From Lama glama (Eukaryota), in assembly GCA_028534125.1 (NCBI GenBank), contig CM052818.1:7750001-7814000 (forward strand): a DNA stretch of 64,000 bases. The letters run 5' to 3'. This document shows, in pieces, positions 12,870-26,255 of this stretch. Both the position numbers and the translations under genes were made by a program. Under the pieces are notes generated by a model. That model was not told where the DNA came from and did no database searches. It worked only from the letters and a program-made list of their open reading frames with translations. Position 1 is the first letter of the stretch; the number at the start of each line of letters is the position of its first letter.

Positions 12870-12977
12870 TCAGTGGTCCAAGATACGAAGGTTCCCAGAT
12901 ACAATCTTGTTCTCTAATACTGCTCCAGGTGGGATGTCAATTCGGTCACCATGATTTGCGATGATGATAACTGTTCC
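12870..12977 (-). CDS. UGP2: UGP2 exon 10 (last coding exon)
   Basis: 108 nt encoding [35 protein letters not shown]. Acceptor AG at 12978-12979. Confidence 0.98.
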   Translation of the reverse strand, partial: GTVIIIANHGDRIDIPPGAVLENKIVSGNLRILDH

Positions 12978-14078
12978 CTAAGTGAAGGAAAAACAAAAAG
13001 CAAGAATGGACTTGCAACTACAGCTGAAAGGCAGTTGGTTTTCTTATAATTACCAAGTTTACGTAGAACTCTCTTGGAGTAAGTATATTTATAAATATTA
13101 ACCACGAAAAACAAGTGACACGTTAAGGGAGATAATAATGTGTTCTGTCACAACTCTGGCAGCAGATCTGGTATCATCTGTGATAAGGGGCAAGGAGTGG
13201 GAAGTGAACCCGGGGCTACAGCATGAGTGGCCTCTCAAAGAACTACCTGCAAGGCCACCAGCGTTACTTCCCTTCATAAACTAAAAGGTGCTTGGTTTAT
13301 GTTTACATACAGGTTTTTTTTCTTTTTAAGAACAGTTTACTGATACATTTTTCAGGTCTTAAACTGTTTAGATGAGGCAGTATCAGCAATAAAGCTTATA
13401 TGAATATATATATTTTTTGTTTTTTTCAAGATCTTCAATTAAGTAGCTTTAATGGGAAGAACACATGAAATCTAGGTACAGCATTTTAAAAAAATATTTG
13501 ATTAGGAAAAAGCTGTTTTATCTTTGAGTCTGAGCTTTAATACTCATACCTGTAGTCCTTCTATTATGCTAGGCTGGAATGCTACTCAGAGTACCCAAGC
13601 ACCACAGTAATATGAACGAACATCTTCATACTGATGACAACAGATGACTTTAACAGGAATAGACAATATTCAGTATAAATGAAGTCATTTTTTTCTACTT
13701 TCATTCAGATTCAAATAGTTATCTTTAGTGAACTAATGCTAATTTAACAGTGATCTATTTTAAAGATGGTCATATTTCAATAAAAGAGTATCAGTTCAAT
13801 TATTTATTGGTGTTTGCTTTCCACTTGAATGCTGTTATATCCCACAGAATTCCTATATACAACACTTATGACTGTATTCTAACTATGCTGTATATCTATG
13901 GAAGACATTATTAATACTAAATATTGTGATAAGCCTTTTCCCTTTAAAAATGTATCTATATCTTATAAACATCTGATACAGACTAAGAAGTATTCTTTAA
14001 AATAAAGGTAAATTTAGGACTAGAAAATGAAATCTTTCTTGTAAAGCTATAATAACTGTAATTTTCATCATAACACAC

Positions 14079-14183
14079 CTTTAATGAAACATTCTTGCCA
14101 AATGTCACATCTCCTGAAACTGTGAGGTGATCCAGTTCAAGCATATCTGGTATACTTTCAAATCTCCTCAGATAATCCTGAAC
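14079..14183 (-). CDS. UGP2: UGP2 exon 9
   Basis: 105 nt encoding [35 protein letters not shown]. Acceptor tttcag, donor gtgtgt. Confidence 0.98.
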
Positions 14184-14699
14184 CTGAAAGAAAAATAGAA
14201 ACAAAAATTGTTTCAAAACTGAGTTAACAGAAAAATGGATTAAATTAACAAGATATTTTAATTAAAATGTAAAAAAGCATTCTGTTTATGGCCAAGCACA
14301 GGCCTTCAATGGAAAGAACCCTATTTATTAAAGCACTCACTATTTGTGCAGAGAGAGTTGAAATATTCTGTGCAGGAGAGACCAGGAGATAGGAACACTT
14401 GTCCCTACAATCAAGCAATTTACATTACAGCTGAGCAGATCAGATGTTAAAAAGTAATAAATAAAAAGATAACCAACATACTAAGAGCCAGATGAGTAGA
14501 GTCACATAACCTGGAGTTAGTTGGAAAAAAAGATCACCATGGTTCGAAGCAAACTCGACAGGAGCTGGGCTTTATGGAAGGGGCAGCACTGAGAGGAAAC
14601 GGAATACAGCTCAGAAGAGCAGCAGCACAAATTATCACTGTAAGTGATCACTATTTTTGCCTCTTGTTTCCTTAGATTTATTGGCACTACAGATTGTCC

Positions 14700-16758
14700 T
14701 AGATGGCCTTGTTTCCTACTTTGCAAAGAAAAATAGAAGCAATAGGAAGACTTTCACTGGCTTCTACCACTACCACCCACTTGCCCCCGAACCCATCCTC
14801 TGTCCCTCCTACAACTGGGGTTGGACCATTTCTCCTCTGCCAGGCTAACCCTTCTTGTGGCCTGTTCAAGGATACTGTCCATGCCATAAATCCTCCCAAC
14901 TTTAAAAAGCAAAACAAAACTTTTATATCCCTTTCTATTTAGGGCTCCATTTTTCTGTTTTTCTGTAATGCAAAACTCTTGAATAAGCTGTCTATATTCG
15001 TATCTCCAGTTTTTCTTCTATTCTCTTTTAAATCTATTCCATTCAGGCTCCGAAACCTCTATACTGTTAGATCTAATAGTGAATCCTCATTCCTCTTACT
15101 TGAACTGGCAGCAGCACTTGACACAAGTGATCACTTCTTCTTTCTTGAAACATTTTCTCCATTTTGCTTTCAGGACACACACATTCATGGTTTCTACCCA
15201 GTTCTTCATCTGCAACTCCTCAGTCACCTTTGCTGCTTCTCCACTTCATCCCCATCCTCTAAGCCTTGGGGTACCTCAGGGCTCAGTTCCCCAGCCCCCA
15301 TTCACTCCCTGGGTGATGCTTATCTCGCGGCTTTAAATGCCAGCTATAAACTGACAACTCTTAAACTTACCTCTCTTCTAGATCTCTCCCCTGAGCTCCT
15401 GACGCATACATTCAGCTTCTCCATCTGAAGGTTCAAGTACAGTATCTCCACAATTTAACTCGCCATTCTGCTCCCCCTAAACCTGCTCCCCCAGGCCTTC
15501 CCCCATCTCAGTAAACGGCAATTCCATGCTTCCAGCTGCACGGGCCAGAAGCCTTGGAGCCATCCTTATGCTTCTCCCTCTTACCCTCCATCTAGTCCAA
15601 CAGCAAATCCTGCAGGTACAGCTTTCAAAATATCTCAGAATATCAACATTTTTCATTATTTCCACTGTAACCACCCTGATCCAAGTCATCATCTCCTCTT
15701 GTCAGGATTCCAGCAAAAGCCTATTCACTGGTCTCTATGATTCTACTCTTGTTCACCAGATCGGTCCTTCACCCCTTAGCTCACAACTCTCCAATGACTT
15801 CTCATCCACCAGAGGAGGGGAAAAAGCCCCATTCCCAATGTTCAGTGACAAAGTTCTACACAATCTGACCTGTTACCTCTCTGACCAACTGTCCCTCACC
15901 TGCCCACTGTGCTCCAGCCATACTTGCTCGCTAATGTCCCTGGTTCTCCCTCAGATAAACTAGCCATTGCCTACTCGGCCCCTGTGCTCAGACTTGGGTA
16001 GCTGAAGTTCTAACCTCCTGCAGGGTATGGAAGAGGCTAGGAAGGAAGGGAAGATGAGGCTAGGTGGGAAAATGGTTAGCAATCCCATCTCAGGACGTGA
16101 GAAGACGGTAGGTCCTTGTAGCACCAGGATTTTCCCAGCCCAACCAGGCAGATGAAAGAGGCACCAAAGACCGAGGACACTCCTAAAATGCCTGATGGTA
16201 TCTTGGGAATTGCAGCCCAGCCACAGCATCCAGAATCATACCCATGAATATATAAGGTAGTATACACATCCACACCAGGTGGCACTAAACCACAGCCAGG
16301 ACTAGACAGGCTTGGATGGCACATCAGGACTCTACAGGCCAGCCACAAGCTCACCATCACTTCATTAACCTCAGCATTTCGTATGATTAAATTTTTTGGA
16401 TTCCATTTATCACATTAGGGTTGGGTTTTACTCTACTTGCTATCCCCCCTGCCTAGAATGCTGTTTGCCCGCAGATACCTGTGTGGTGTACTTAATTTCC
16501 CAGTGAGGCCATCTCTGGCCACCCAGTGTAAAATGACATCACTACCCACCCCAAACACACACACACTCCCTATTCCTGCTTTATTCAGCATTTGCCATCA
16601 CTTGGCATTCTACACCTTTGATTCTCTTGCTCACTAGCATCCTTTACCCCACTAGAATATCCACGAAAGTGAAGAATTTAGTCTTTTATTTACTGCTAAA
16701 CACCAAGCACCTACAATACACCTTGCACATGGCAGGGGCTCAATAAATTTTGTCGAAC
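14700..16758 (+). mobile_element. L2 LINE 3' part, interrupted at ~15965-16435
   Basis: gcagcacttgacacaagtgatcac, catctcagtaaacggcaattccat, and the terminal gcacatggcaggggctcaataaat. Confidence 0.85.
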
Positions 16759-17076
16759 TAGGATTAACATTTTCTCACCAATGAAAGCAGTAATGATTTT
16801 AGACGAGACATAAGATAAAATGTCCTAAAATTTAAACATTCTTTTCTACTCTATAGCAGTCAGTTCAAAAATGAGTTATAGCTTCATCTTCTATGGTCTA
16901 TTTCCTTTCAAAGACATCAGAGATGGAGGAATATAATAGGTCAGCAGCGAAGACTGGACTCCAATTCACATGTGTGTCATATCTTTATAATTACACATTT
17001 AAGAAACACACATTCACACGTATATCCAAAAAGTCACATGTATATCATACGTATATATATATGTATTATTACATAC

Positions 17077-17319
17077 CTTTGTAAAAGAACTGCCTAATTT
17101 CACCAAGGGCACTGTAGGAAATTCCCGCTTTTCACTCATTGTCAGAGATCCTGCGTTAAGGCTGTAGAGGTTTGACATCACCAGCAAGAGATCTGATGTG
17201 GTCTTGACAGGCAGGAAACGGCTCCTAGGAACATTAATACCTAGAGAGTTCTCAAAACTTTTAATGGCAGCCCCTACTGCAGTTTCTAACTGAATGACAT
17301 TCAGGCCTCCGTCCAAAGT
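17077..17319 (-). CDS. UGP2: UGP2 exon 8
   Basis: 243 nt encoding TLDGGLNVIQLETAVGAAIKSF...RSRFLPVKTTSDLLLV...LGSSFTK. AG acceptor, gtatgt donor. Confidence 0.98.
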
Positions 17320-17672
17320 CTGTAGAAAAGGGAGCAGGGAGAGAAACACAGGTTTTAGCAACTTCCTTCCACTTGGGTCAGTTAATACTTGGGGGTGGTT
17401 TCAGAGATCCACTGAAGGAAACAATTTTGAGAACTGACATTTCTCGAGCACCTCCCATATGCCAGGTGCTTATATATGGTTATCTTTTTTCATTGTCATA
17501 ACTCTTCTCTTCAGTAACATTTCCATTTTATTATAGAGAACCGCAGCTTCAGAAAACTCATGCAGATGCCTGTGACCAAAAGGCCTATAAGTATCAGAGC
17601 AACCAGACTGAGGTGGGTCCCCTGCTTTTGGGCCCCGTGCTCTTGCCAGTACCACAGCCCAGGGCCAGGTCA

Positions 17673-17966
<294 letters not shown>

Positions 17967-19082
17967 CTAGAAAGGCAGAGAAGAGTGAGTGCCTCCACGT
18001 CTCTCCCAGTCACAACCATACCACGCTGTCCACAGTCTATAAAAGATACAGAAAAGACACTGATGATAAAACCCCCCAGAAATAAAAAGCACTGGCAGGG
18101 GTTCGATCTGTGATAGAAAGCAATATACATATGAAGGTAAAACCAAAGGAAATAATTCAGGTGTCTGTCATTTTATACTGTATATATGCCCTCTTGTCCA
18201 TAATAAAAGCCATGGGAGTACATCAGAGTTTTCCTTATTTTCCAAAGAACTGTACGGAAGATCCATTCCTCTTACTCCCAAACCACTGTCCATCACCAAA
18301 CAACCAATCCTACCACCTCAGACCCTCCTCTGACAACCTCTAGGAAGCGGGGAGTAAAGGCAAGACAAAGGCACAAGTGGATGAGAAGTGGCCCCCGAGT
18401 GGCCTCAGCCCAGGGGAGCTCCTGTAGTCACGAGGCCAGGGCAGTGTGGGAAGAGGCACAGAACCCAGCCCAGGCACCAGCCACATTAGTATTCACACTG
18501 CCCACTCTTCTCACTCCCTGTGGGTAAGTAGAAAACCTTGTGAACCGCTTCATCAAAGGCCAAGTGTCATCGCCACTAAACATGCAAAGTTAAAAAACAA
18601 ATTTTTGCTTTGCGTCAAACAACTGCCTTTTTTTGTAACTACAGAGATGTTAAAGTGATAAAAAATACAGAGAGAGAAATACACACTGGAGAAATAGAAA
18701 TAGTAAATTTTCATTAAAGGAATAATGAAACAAAAACACTTAAGCACCAAACTAGAATAGTAATGGTTTGAACAAACTTACTCAGAGTATTTTCACACGT
18801 TTCAGGTTATCCTATAAATATATGTGAAATTCTTTTCAATTAAAATTGCCCATATAGATTATTCAAAAAGTGATGAATTAATTGCTATTAAATCTGGATT
18901 TATATGCACACTGTTATATCAGATGGAACTTGAGGTACTCTAGAATACTATCCCACTCTACCTTATAATGATGTTATCAAGTGGATAGATGTGTTTTGCT
19001 TAACACAGAAGCTCTGCAATAAAAAGTCTGAACTATGACTGTGGAGATGTGAATCCCCAAACTGCTTCCTCTTGGTATTTAC

Positions 19083-19380
19083 CTTTACATCTGCACGTGT
19101 TTTGTTTGTGACTTCCATGACAAATTCACAGGGTTTCCCATTGGGTGGGTTCATTAGATGATTAAGAATATAAAGATCCACTGTGGCGCCTAGATTATCT
19201 ATGTTGGACACAAAAATATACTCTTTGCCTTCTCCTATAAAGGTGTCGAGCAAACCGGAGTTGTAGAAACTGGCATAAATATCGCCGTGACCTGGAGGGT
19301 ACCACGCTTCAGTATTCTCCCCTGAGTACGATACATCCTTTGCTACAGGCAGTAAAGATTCTTTATTAATCCTCGGGTAC
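19083..19380 (-). CDS. UGP2: UGP2 exon 6
   Basis: 298 nt encoding YPRINKESLLP...WYPPGHGDIY...SNIDNLGA...TRADVK. AG acceptor, gtaaat donor. Confidence 0.98.
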
Positions 19381-20537
19381 CTTAAAAGAAAGAAAAGTTC
19401 TTTTTCACTATCAACTCTGTAAAGCATTGCAGAGCATGAAGTAAAACAATGCGTTTAAAGTTAAATGAAACTTCTCTGCATTACAGTCTATCAGGAGTAA
19501 TTAAACGTAATTTAAACACAAAGAAAACTTCTAATTATCTGTGTTGTCCAAAAAATCAGTTTCCTAGACAGTACCATTTCCTTCAAAAATTTTTTCCATG
19601 GTCATTCAGATGGGAGGACACCCCATATTCCTAAGATAGTAATGTGTTTTATGATCTCTGAGAGGAGAGATACATTAAGTAAATTTTCTCAACTGATTTG
19701 GTCGTGGGATTGTTCTTTTCCCTGAAAACCTATTTGGGAAATGCCGTCCATTCTCACCAAGAGATATATTCAGGCGTGGCTCTCTTTCTTTCCCAGAAAA
19801 TCAAGAGCAGGTTAGTGCTCAGGGCTGTCTGCTTCCTACCACTCGTGAGGACTGTGTAGGGGCTGGCAGTGGGGAGGAGGGAAACAAAGGAGCTGGCACC
19901 GAAACAGACTAAAGGCCAAGCAGAAATGGAGGCAGAGCACCTATGACATGAAGTCTCCATGGAAAAACAGGTTAAAAAAAAAAACCAAATTAATGGTACA
20001 ACTTTAGAAATATCCCTCCTGTACAAGTTTATATAGACCCGTGTCCATCCTTAAATGGAAGCTTTCTATCCCCAGTTGCCTGGACTTTATCATCTAAATT
20101 CCTTTTTACTTACTCATCCATCCCCAAAATAGAAGATTTTTCTCCAGAACTCATTAAATTTCCCCCAAGCCTATTCAGGGTTTTGAAGAAATTCCTTCCC
20201 ACAGGAAAAGAAGGTTGTCAAATTGTGGAATATACGGAGAATTTCATAGACCTGCCTGGAGCCCAAATATGCCCTCAGAAAGCAAAGACCTGAGCTGTCC
20301 TCCAATATTCTGGACATGGAGCAGAACCTCGAGCAGATTCTTTTAAGACATGAAAGTTACAGAACCACAGAGTGGTTACAACAATCACATATCTATAACA
20401 AATGTTCAGCCTTTAAAGGCATTAAACACTTTGCTGCAAACAGTCTTTGGCACATAGAAATCCTGAGGCTGCTCTGTTTAAACAAAACACAGTCTTCCTT
20501 TCCCAGGAGTAATACCCCCCCGAGTTGGTTATTTTCA

Positions 20538-20681
<144 letters not shown>

Positions 20682-21279
20682 CTAGGGAGGAAAACGACAA
20701 TCAGATCACCCAGACTTACTTTTCTCTGGCTTCGCAGCGTAAAATTAACTCTCAATGAGTTATCACAAAATGTCCAAAACATCATCTATATGTGGCCAGA
20801 TACATACATTTGAAATAATAAGTAACTACTCAGCATGAGCCACTTTGCTAAGCAGTTCACCATGGACTTGCTCCTGACACCACAACGCTACGAGACAAAC
20901 TGCTGTCCGTGTTCTCAGACGGCTGAACCAAGGCCCAGGGAGGTGGCAGGTCAGCGGCAGAGCCAGGACACCCCGGGCCCTGTGGACTCTGGAGCTGGGT
21001 GCCCAGCCACAGTGCCCCATGGCCTCACTGGGTGAGTACATGCCAACTAGGCATTATTCAGCATCCAAAGCACTGGGATGAAAGTATAAATGTCACAAAG
21101 ACATGCCTCCCGAGTCTCAGGATTGTTAAGAACTGTGACTCACACGCCAGCTGGAACTTTCAACCTGTAGGAAGCGCTAAGAGGCAACACAGAATGAGAA
21201 GAGAACAGGGTCTCAGAAGTCAGCCTGTCCTGCGTGCAGAGTATGATGCTGTAATTACTAGCTAGGGAGCCTGGGGCAC

Positions 21280-21450
21280 CTAAACCCACCTCTCTGTGCC
21301 TTGGTTTCCCTGTCTGGAAAATGGGGATGATAATCGTGCCTATCTTAGAGCTGTCTGAGAGGAACAACGAGTCCACTCACGTCGAGCTCACAACACAGGG
21401 TGCACAGTACGTTCTGGGTAAGTGCTGGCCACTGCTTACCGCTATTACTT
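21280..21450 (+). mobile_element. MIR SINE
   Basis: acctctctgtgccttggtttccctgtctggaaaatggggatgataat core. Confidence 0.75.
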
Positions 21451-21956
21451 ACTGTGGTTGCCAGCTCTCTATTAGACACTAGAGATAAAGAGATGAAAAA
21501 GTTAGGGCCATGTCCTGAAGAGCTGATGGTCTGTGATTAATGACTTTATCATAAGAGAGAAGCCATGAACAGTTCTTAGCATCCATGGCGCCCAACCAGA
21601 TACATTAAATTCTTCCCAGTCCCTCAAAAGGGGCTAACAAAGCCAGATCATCCCAGCCGTGATGAAGGCTACTGCTAGAAAGAAAGGGGGGAGACGGGTG
21701 GGGAGATCAAAGGAGAATCCAAACAGATCCAGAGATTTCAGCAACCACAAATGCTACTTATAGATCAAAAGCTTTGCACCACCCTAAGGATTTGCCCATA
21801 GGACACCAGACCTTTTTATGTTCTAATAAAGGGACTAAAGATAGCAAGCTCCCCAACTAGCTCAAACCCACATTTGTTATTTTACAAGGTAACATTTATA
21901 ATAACCTAGAACACGACTTTGGCAGCTCATGACAAGGGCTAAATGTTAAGGCTCAC

Positions 21957-22142
21957 TTCGATTTGCTGCACAGTCAGATCCAGAAAGGTGTTCTCGTTCC
22001 TCACGCCAATCAGACTCTTGGGGCCCTTGCAGCCCATGCTGGTTCCCAGACCGCCATTGAGTTTCACCACCACCAGCTTGTTCAGCACAGAAGAGATATT
22101 ATCAGGTAAGCCCCTGGCCTTTACCTTTTCATAGGGTTGAAT
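21957..22142 (-). CDS. UGP2: UGP2 exon 4 (nucleotide-binding loop)
   Basis: 186 nt encoding [64 protein letters not shown] acceptor, gtgagc donor. Confidence 0.98.
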
Positions 22143-22574
22143 CTGAAATTAAAAAAAAAAAATTACAGAATAAATCAAACAGCTTTATGAGAGGTTAAAC
22201 CAAATCAATACCAGGGTTGTTTCCATGCTTCCCTACGAGTTTTACTTTCTCTGTGGAAAGTTTCAACTACGTTTCCTTTAATGTCACGGGCCCTTCTGGT
22301 TCACAATCAAGTTTTTATGAGCAACTTCTGTTGCACACAGAAGTAGTCCAGTGGTTCACTCTACATAATGTCCTACAAGAGAAGGAAAACTTAGTTTACA
22401 AATATTTGTCTGGCTGGTGACAACATCCAAGTGTCTTGAACTACTTTTGAAAATTCAGAATTCCTCATTTGCAGCAACATAGCAAATAGGATACACAAAA
22501 CTCATCAAATCTGGAAATACTTCCAGTGCACTATGGATCTGCTTCAATTCTGGAGACGAATATATATACAGTAT

Positions 22575-22770
22575 GACCACACAGTTCTTCATAGCACATT
22601 CATGCTATTTCTGGAGATGGTGTCAAATACTCAAAACAAGCTAACAGTACCTGCCCTATTATGGTTCACAAAGGTCTGATTATTGCAATCCACAAGATTT
22701 TTTTTCCCCAACAAAAGCAAGTTTGCCTGAAAGAAAATGAGCTGTGTAAACAGTAAAAGGAATCAGAAAC
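22575..22770. repeat. Local duplication, copy A (partner at ~28595-28790)
   Basis: Manual alignment gives 14 mismatches in 110 nt (22591-22700 vs 28611-28720), and similarity continues with small indels. Confidence 0.9.
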
Positions 22771-23503
22771 GAGCACAGAGCCTTACTCTTCAACTTCTCC
22801 CTCACAGGAAAGGAACAATGACACAGTTGAAGACCAGACTCTTTCGTTTAAAGAAGAGGCACAATCAAGTTTAAACATTTAATAACAAGAATGAAAGCTT
22901 TTGAAAAGATCACAGTGTATTTTCTATCCATGTATACAATTTTTGTTGCTAATCTTTCTTTAATGGAATACGCCACCAAATGTACTGTTAAGTTACTTTA
23001 TGGTGGAGGACAGACAACACTTGAGGGGATTAAAAAAAAATAAAACCTGGTAGCAAGTGCTCAGCAAACACTTTGCTGTATCTGTGTCCTACTGCCTGTA
23101 GGGGTGTGTGTGGGTGTGTGTGACGGACGAACTCTGTGACTCGGAAAGGAGTTAATGGGCTCCCAATCCAGTGATTAGGCCCTGGAGGCAGAAATCCCAT
23201 TTCACTTGGTCAAATATACATACATGTCATGTGGATTCCTGACCACATGATTCCTGCGGTTAACAGCTCCTTCCACAAAAGTTAGCCTGTGATTCCCATT
23301 TTGTCCACCCTGCGAGACACTTTATTAACTGCTAAGTGCAGATGAATACACTTGCTCACTTGGTGTGAATACTGAGGAACCTGGAACGCTCTTCTCTAAG
23401 ACTCTCCACTGGTTATCACTCAGCTGTGACTCATTCTGAATTAGTCTCTAATGTGGCAGGACTGCCAATCTTCCTGGTTACTTGCTGCTAAGAAGTCTTC
23501 AAT

Positions 23504-23563
23504 CAGCCCATGCTGGTTCCCAGACCGCCATTGAGTTTCACCACCACCAGCTTGTTCAGCACA
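23504..23563 (-). repeat. Exact 60-bp intronic copy of UGP2 exon 4 segment 22030-22089
   Basis: Direct comparison gives 60/60 identity. Confidence 0.95.
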
Positions 23564-24759
23564 TATTCAAAAGAAGGGCTGGTGACAGAAAAGACTGGAG
23601 TTGGGGACAAGCCTCCTACCTCAGAACACTAACCACCAAGGAAAAGGAGGGCAGGGAGACAGAAAAGAACACAGACCACACGGTTGCTTCCCTGGCAGTG
23701 CTTGGTCTGGGTGAGGACACGTCTGGGTGATAACTCAGATGCCCAGCACACACACACAAAGTGCCCGACATTCCCTGAAGGATGTTTTTACTCCACTGCC
23801 GTGAATATCATTTGTTCAAGCATTTCAAAGAAACTGGTAATATCGCTTGGGAGAAAAAAATCAACTTAAGTGTCATATTACCAGAAAAGTAAGAGTAGAT
23901 GACAGAGCCACAACCTCTGTCATCCTGACGGCACATAGTAGCTTATAATCCTCTTTAGCCCAGCTGTTGAAATCAACCAGTCAGTAAAAGGAATGTCACT
24001 GTGGTACAATGGCTTCTAGTATCTATTATTAGTAGGAGAATTTATTGGGCACATTATATTTACTCAAAAGAGTTATTAGGAAATGAGGCCAAGCCAATTG
24101 TTTTCCAGTTACCTTTTAAAAGCCAAGAATTTTCCATTTAGCAGTTACTTTTGACTTCTCAGAAGAGTGTGGTATTTACAGAAGTCCCACAAAGGTGTGA
24201 AAATCCATTCAGCCGAAAACCTCTAGTTCATGTATTCATTTTAGGTAAAACTGTTAGTTTAGAAATATTTTTACCAATTTAATGCTATTTTGAATATACT
24301 TTTTAAAAACAGAATACATAAGCAATTTTTTTCTACATATGGTAAGACAGCCCTATGTTTTCCAATTTCATCTAAAAAACTTTCATTGTGAAGTCATATA
24401 CACAGAAGTTTATAAAATATACATGTACAGTTGAAAGAATAACCTAAATTTAGAAAGAATACTGCCGTAACAGATGCCTCCATGCATCTGGGAGGATCAC
24501 ATTCCTCTTCTGCCCTAATGGTACCACCATCCTGACTTTCTGCTCTCCAGTTTTACCACCTATGCATGTATCCTTAATGATAATAATTTACATAGTTTTG
24601 TCTCTAAACTTTTAACTAAATTGAATCATACTATAAAGTATCCTCTTGTGACCTGCTTCTTTAATTCAATATTATATTTTAAGAATTATTCACATTAATG
24701 CATGTAACTATAATACAGTCACTGTTCAGTGCCACAGAGTCCTTCAATTGACATACCCA

Positions 24760-25910
24760 TTAAAAGAGACAAAACTTTCATTATTTACAGATGATACAAT
24801 TTTATATGTAGAAAAATCCAAAGACCTTACAAATAAATTGTTGTATTAATGTAAGCATAGCAACAATGGAGATACATGGTCAGTATTTAAAAAAAGAAAA
24901 ACACCCAGAACTGCTTTTGGAACCCTTGTAGGCTGTTAGTAGGAATGTGAAATGGTGCACCTGTTAAGGAAAAAAAAATGGTGGTTCTTAAAAAAAATTA
25001 AAAATAGAATCACCATATGATCCAGCAATTCCACTTCTGGCTATATGCCCAAAGAATTGAAAGCAGAGTTTCAAAGAGGTGTTTGTACACTCACTTCCTA
25101 TCAGCATTATTCACAATAGCCAAAAATGGAAGCAACTCAAGCGTCCATCAACAGATGAACGGATAAAACAAAACATGGTATATATACACATGGAGTACTT
25201 TTTAGCCTTAAAAAGGAAGGAAGTTCTGACACATGCTACAATGTGGATGAAGCTTGAAAACATTGTATTAGGCCAGTCACAAAAAGACAAATACTTGTAC
25301 GAGTCTACTTATGTGAGGCAGTCAGAGTAGTCAGATTCATAGACACAGAAAAAGGGGTGGTTACCAGGGGAAGGTGGTGTGGAATGAATGGGGAGTTGTT
25401 GTTTAATGGGTATAGAGATTTAGTTTTGCAGGATCAAAGAGTTCTGGAGACTGGTTACAAAACAATGTGAATGCACTTAACACTACTCAATTCTATGTTT
25501 AAAAATGTTCAAAGATGGTAAAAAAAAAAAAAGAATCTTTAACTGTTCCCATATGTAAAGAATTGGAAATTAAAATTGATTTAAAAGGTATCTTTTGTAA
25601 TACCATCAAAAATAGCAAACAGCAAATATTGAGGAATAAATCTAACAAAAGATATACAAGTTATACACGGAACACTATAAAACATTTTTGAGAAAAATTC
25701 ATGACTTAAATAAATAAATCCAGGAATGTACTTATCATGTTTATAAATTAGAAGACTTACTAATGTAAAAATGTCAATTCTCCCCAAACTGATCAATGCA
25801 GTCCTAATCAAAACCTCAAGAGTTTTTGGTATGGAAACTGACAAGCCAAATTAATGTATGTGAGAAATGCAAAGGGTGAAGAATAGCTAAGACACTCTCA
25901 AAGAAAACCT
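24760..25910 (+). mobile_element. Nested L1: an L1MA/MB-like 3' end (~24915-25530) inside an older L1 ORF2 remnant
   Basis: ttatttacagatgatacaattttatatgtagaaaa (RT remnant); catatgatccagcaattccacttctgg; a poly(A) at ~25520, after which ORF2-like sequence resumes. Confidence 0.85.
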
Positions 25911-25944
25911 TAGTAAGTTGAGAGAATCAGCTTTATAACATGCT

Positions 25945-26255
25945 TTTTTAAAAAAAACTGCAGTAAATATGTGTAGCATGCAATTTGCTATCTTAAGCGT
26001 TTTTAAGCGTACAGTTGAGTAGTATATTAAGTATATTCACACTGTTGTGCAACCAATCTCCAAGACTCTTACATCTTGCAAAACCAGAACTATACTCGTT
26101 TAAAAAAAAACTCCCCACTCTCTTCTTTCCGCAGCTTCTGGCGATCACCCTTCTACTTTCTGTCTCTAGAAGTCTGACTACTCCTGGTGCCTCAGACAAG
26201 TGGAATGAATCATTTGTCTTTTTGTGACTGACTGATTTCACTAAGCATAATGTCC
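25945..26255 (-). mobile_element. L1MB-like 3' end
   Basis: tattaagtatattcacactgttgtgcaaccaatctcca...tttcactaagcataatgtcc. Confidence 0.8.

Noticed and set aside
14979-15963. ORFs of 145-149 aa on the + strand
   Set aside because: They lie in decayed L2 ORF2 sequence and are not host genes.
22575-22770. Duplicated unit as an intronic snoRNA pair
   Set aside because: No convincing C/D boxes or H/ACA two-hairpin layout were seen.
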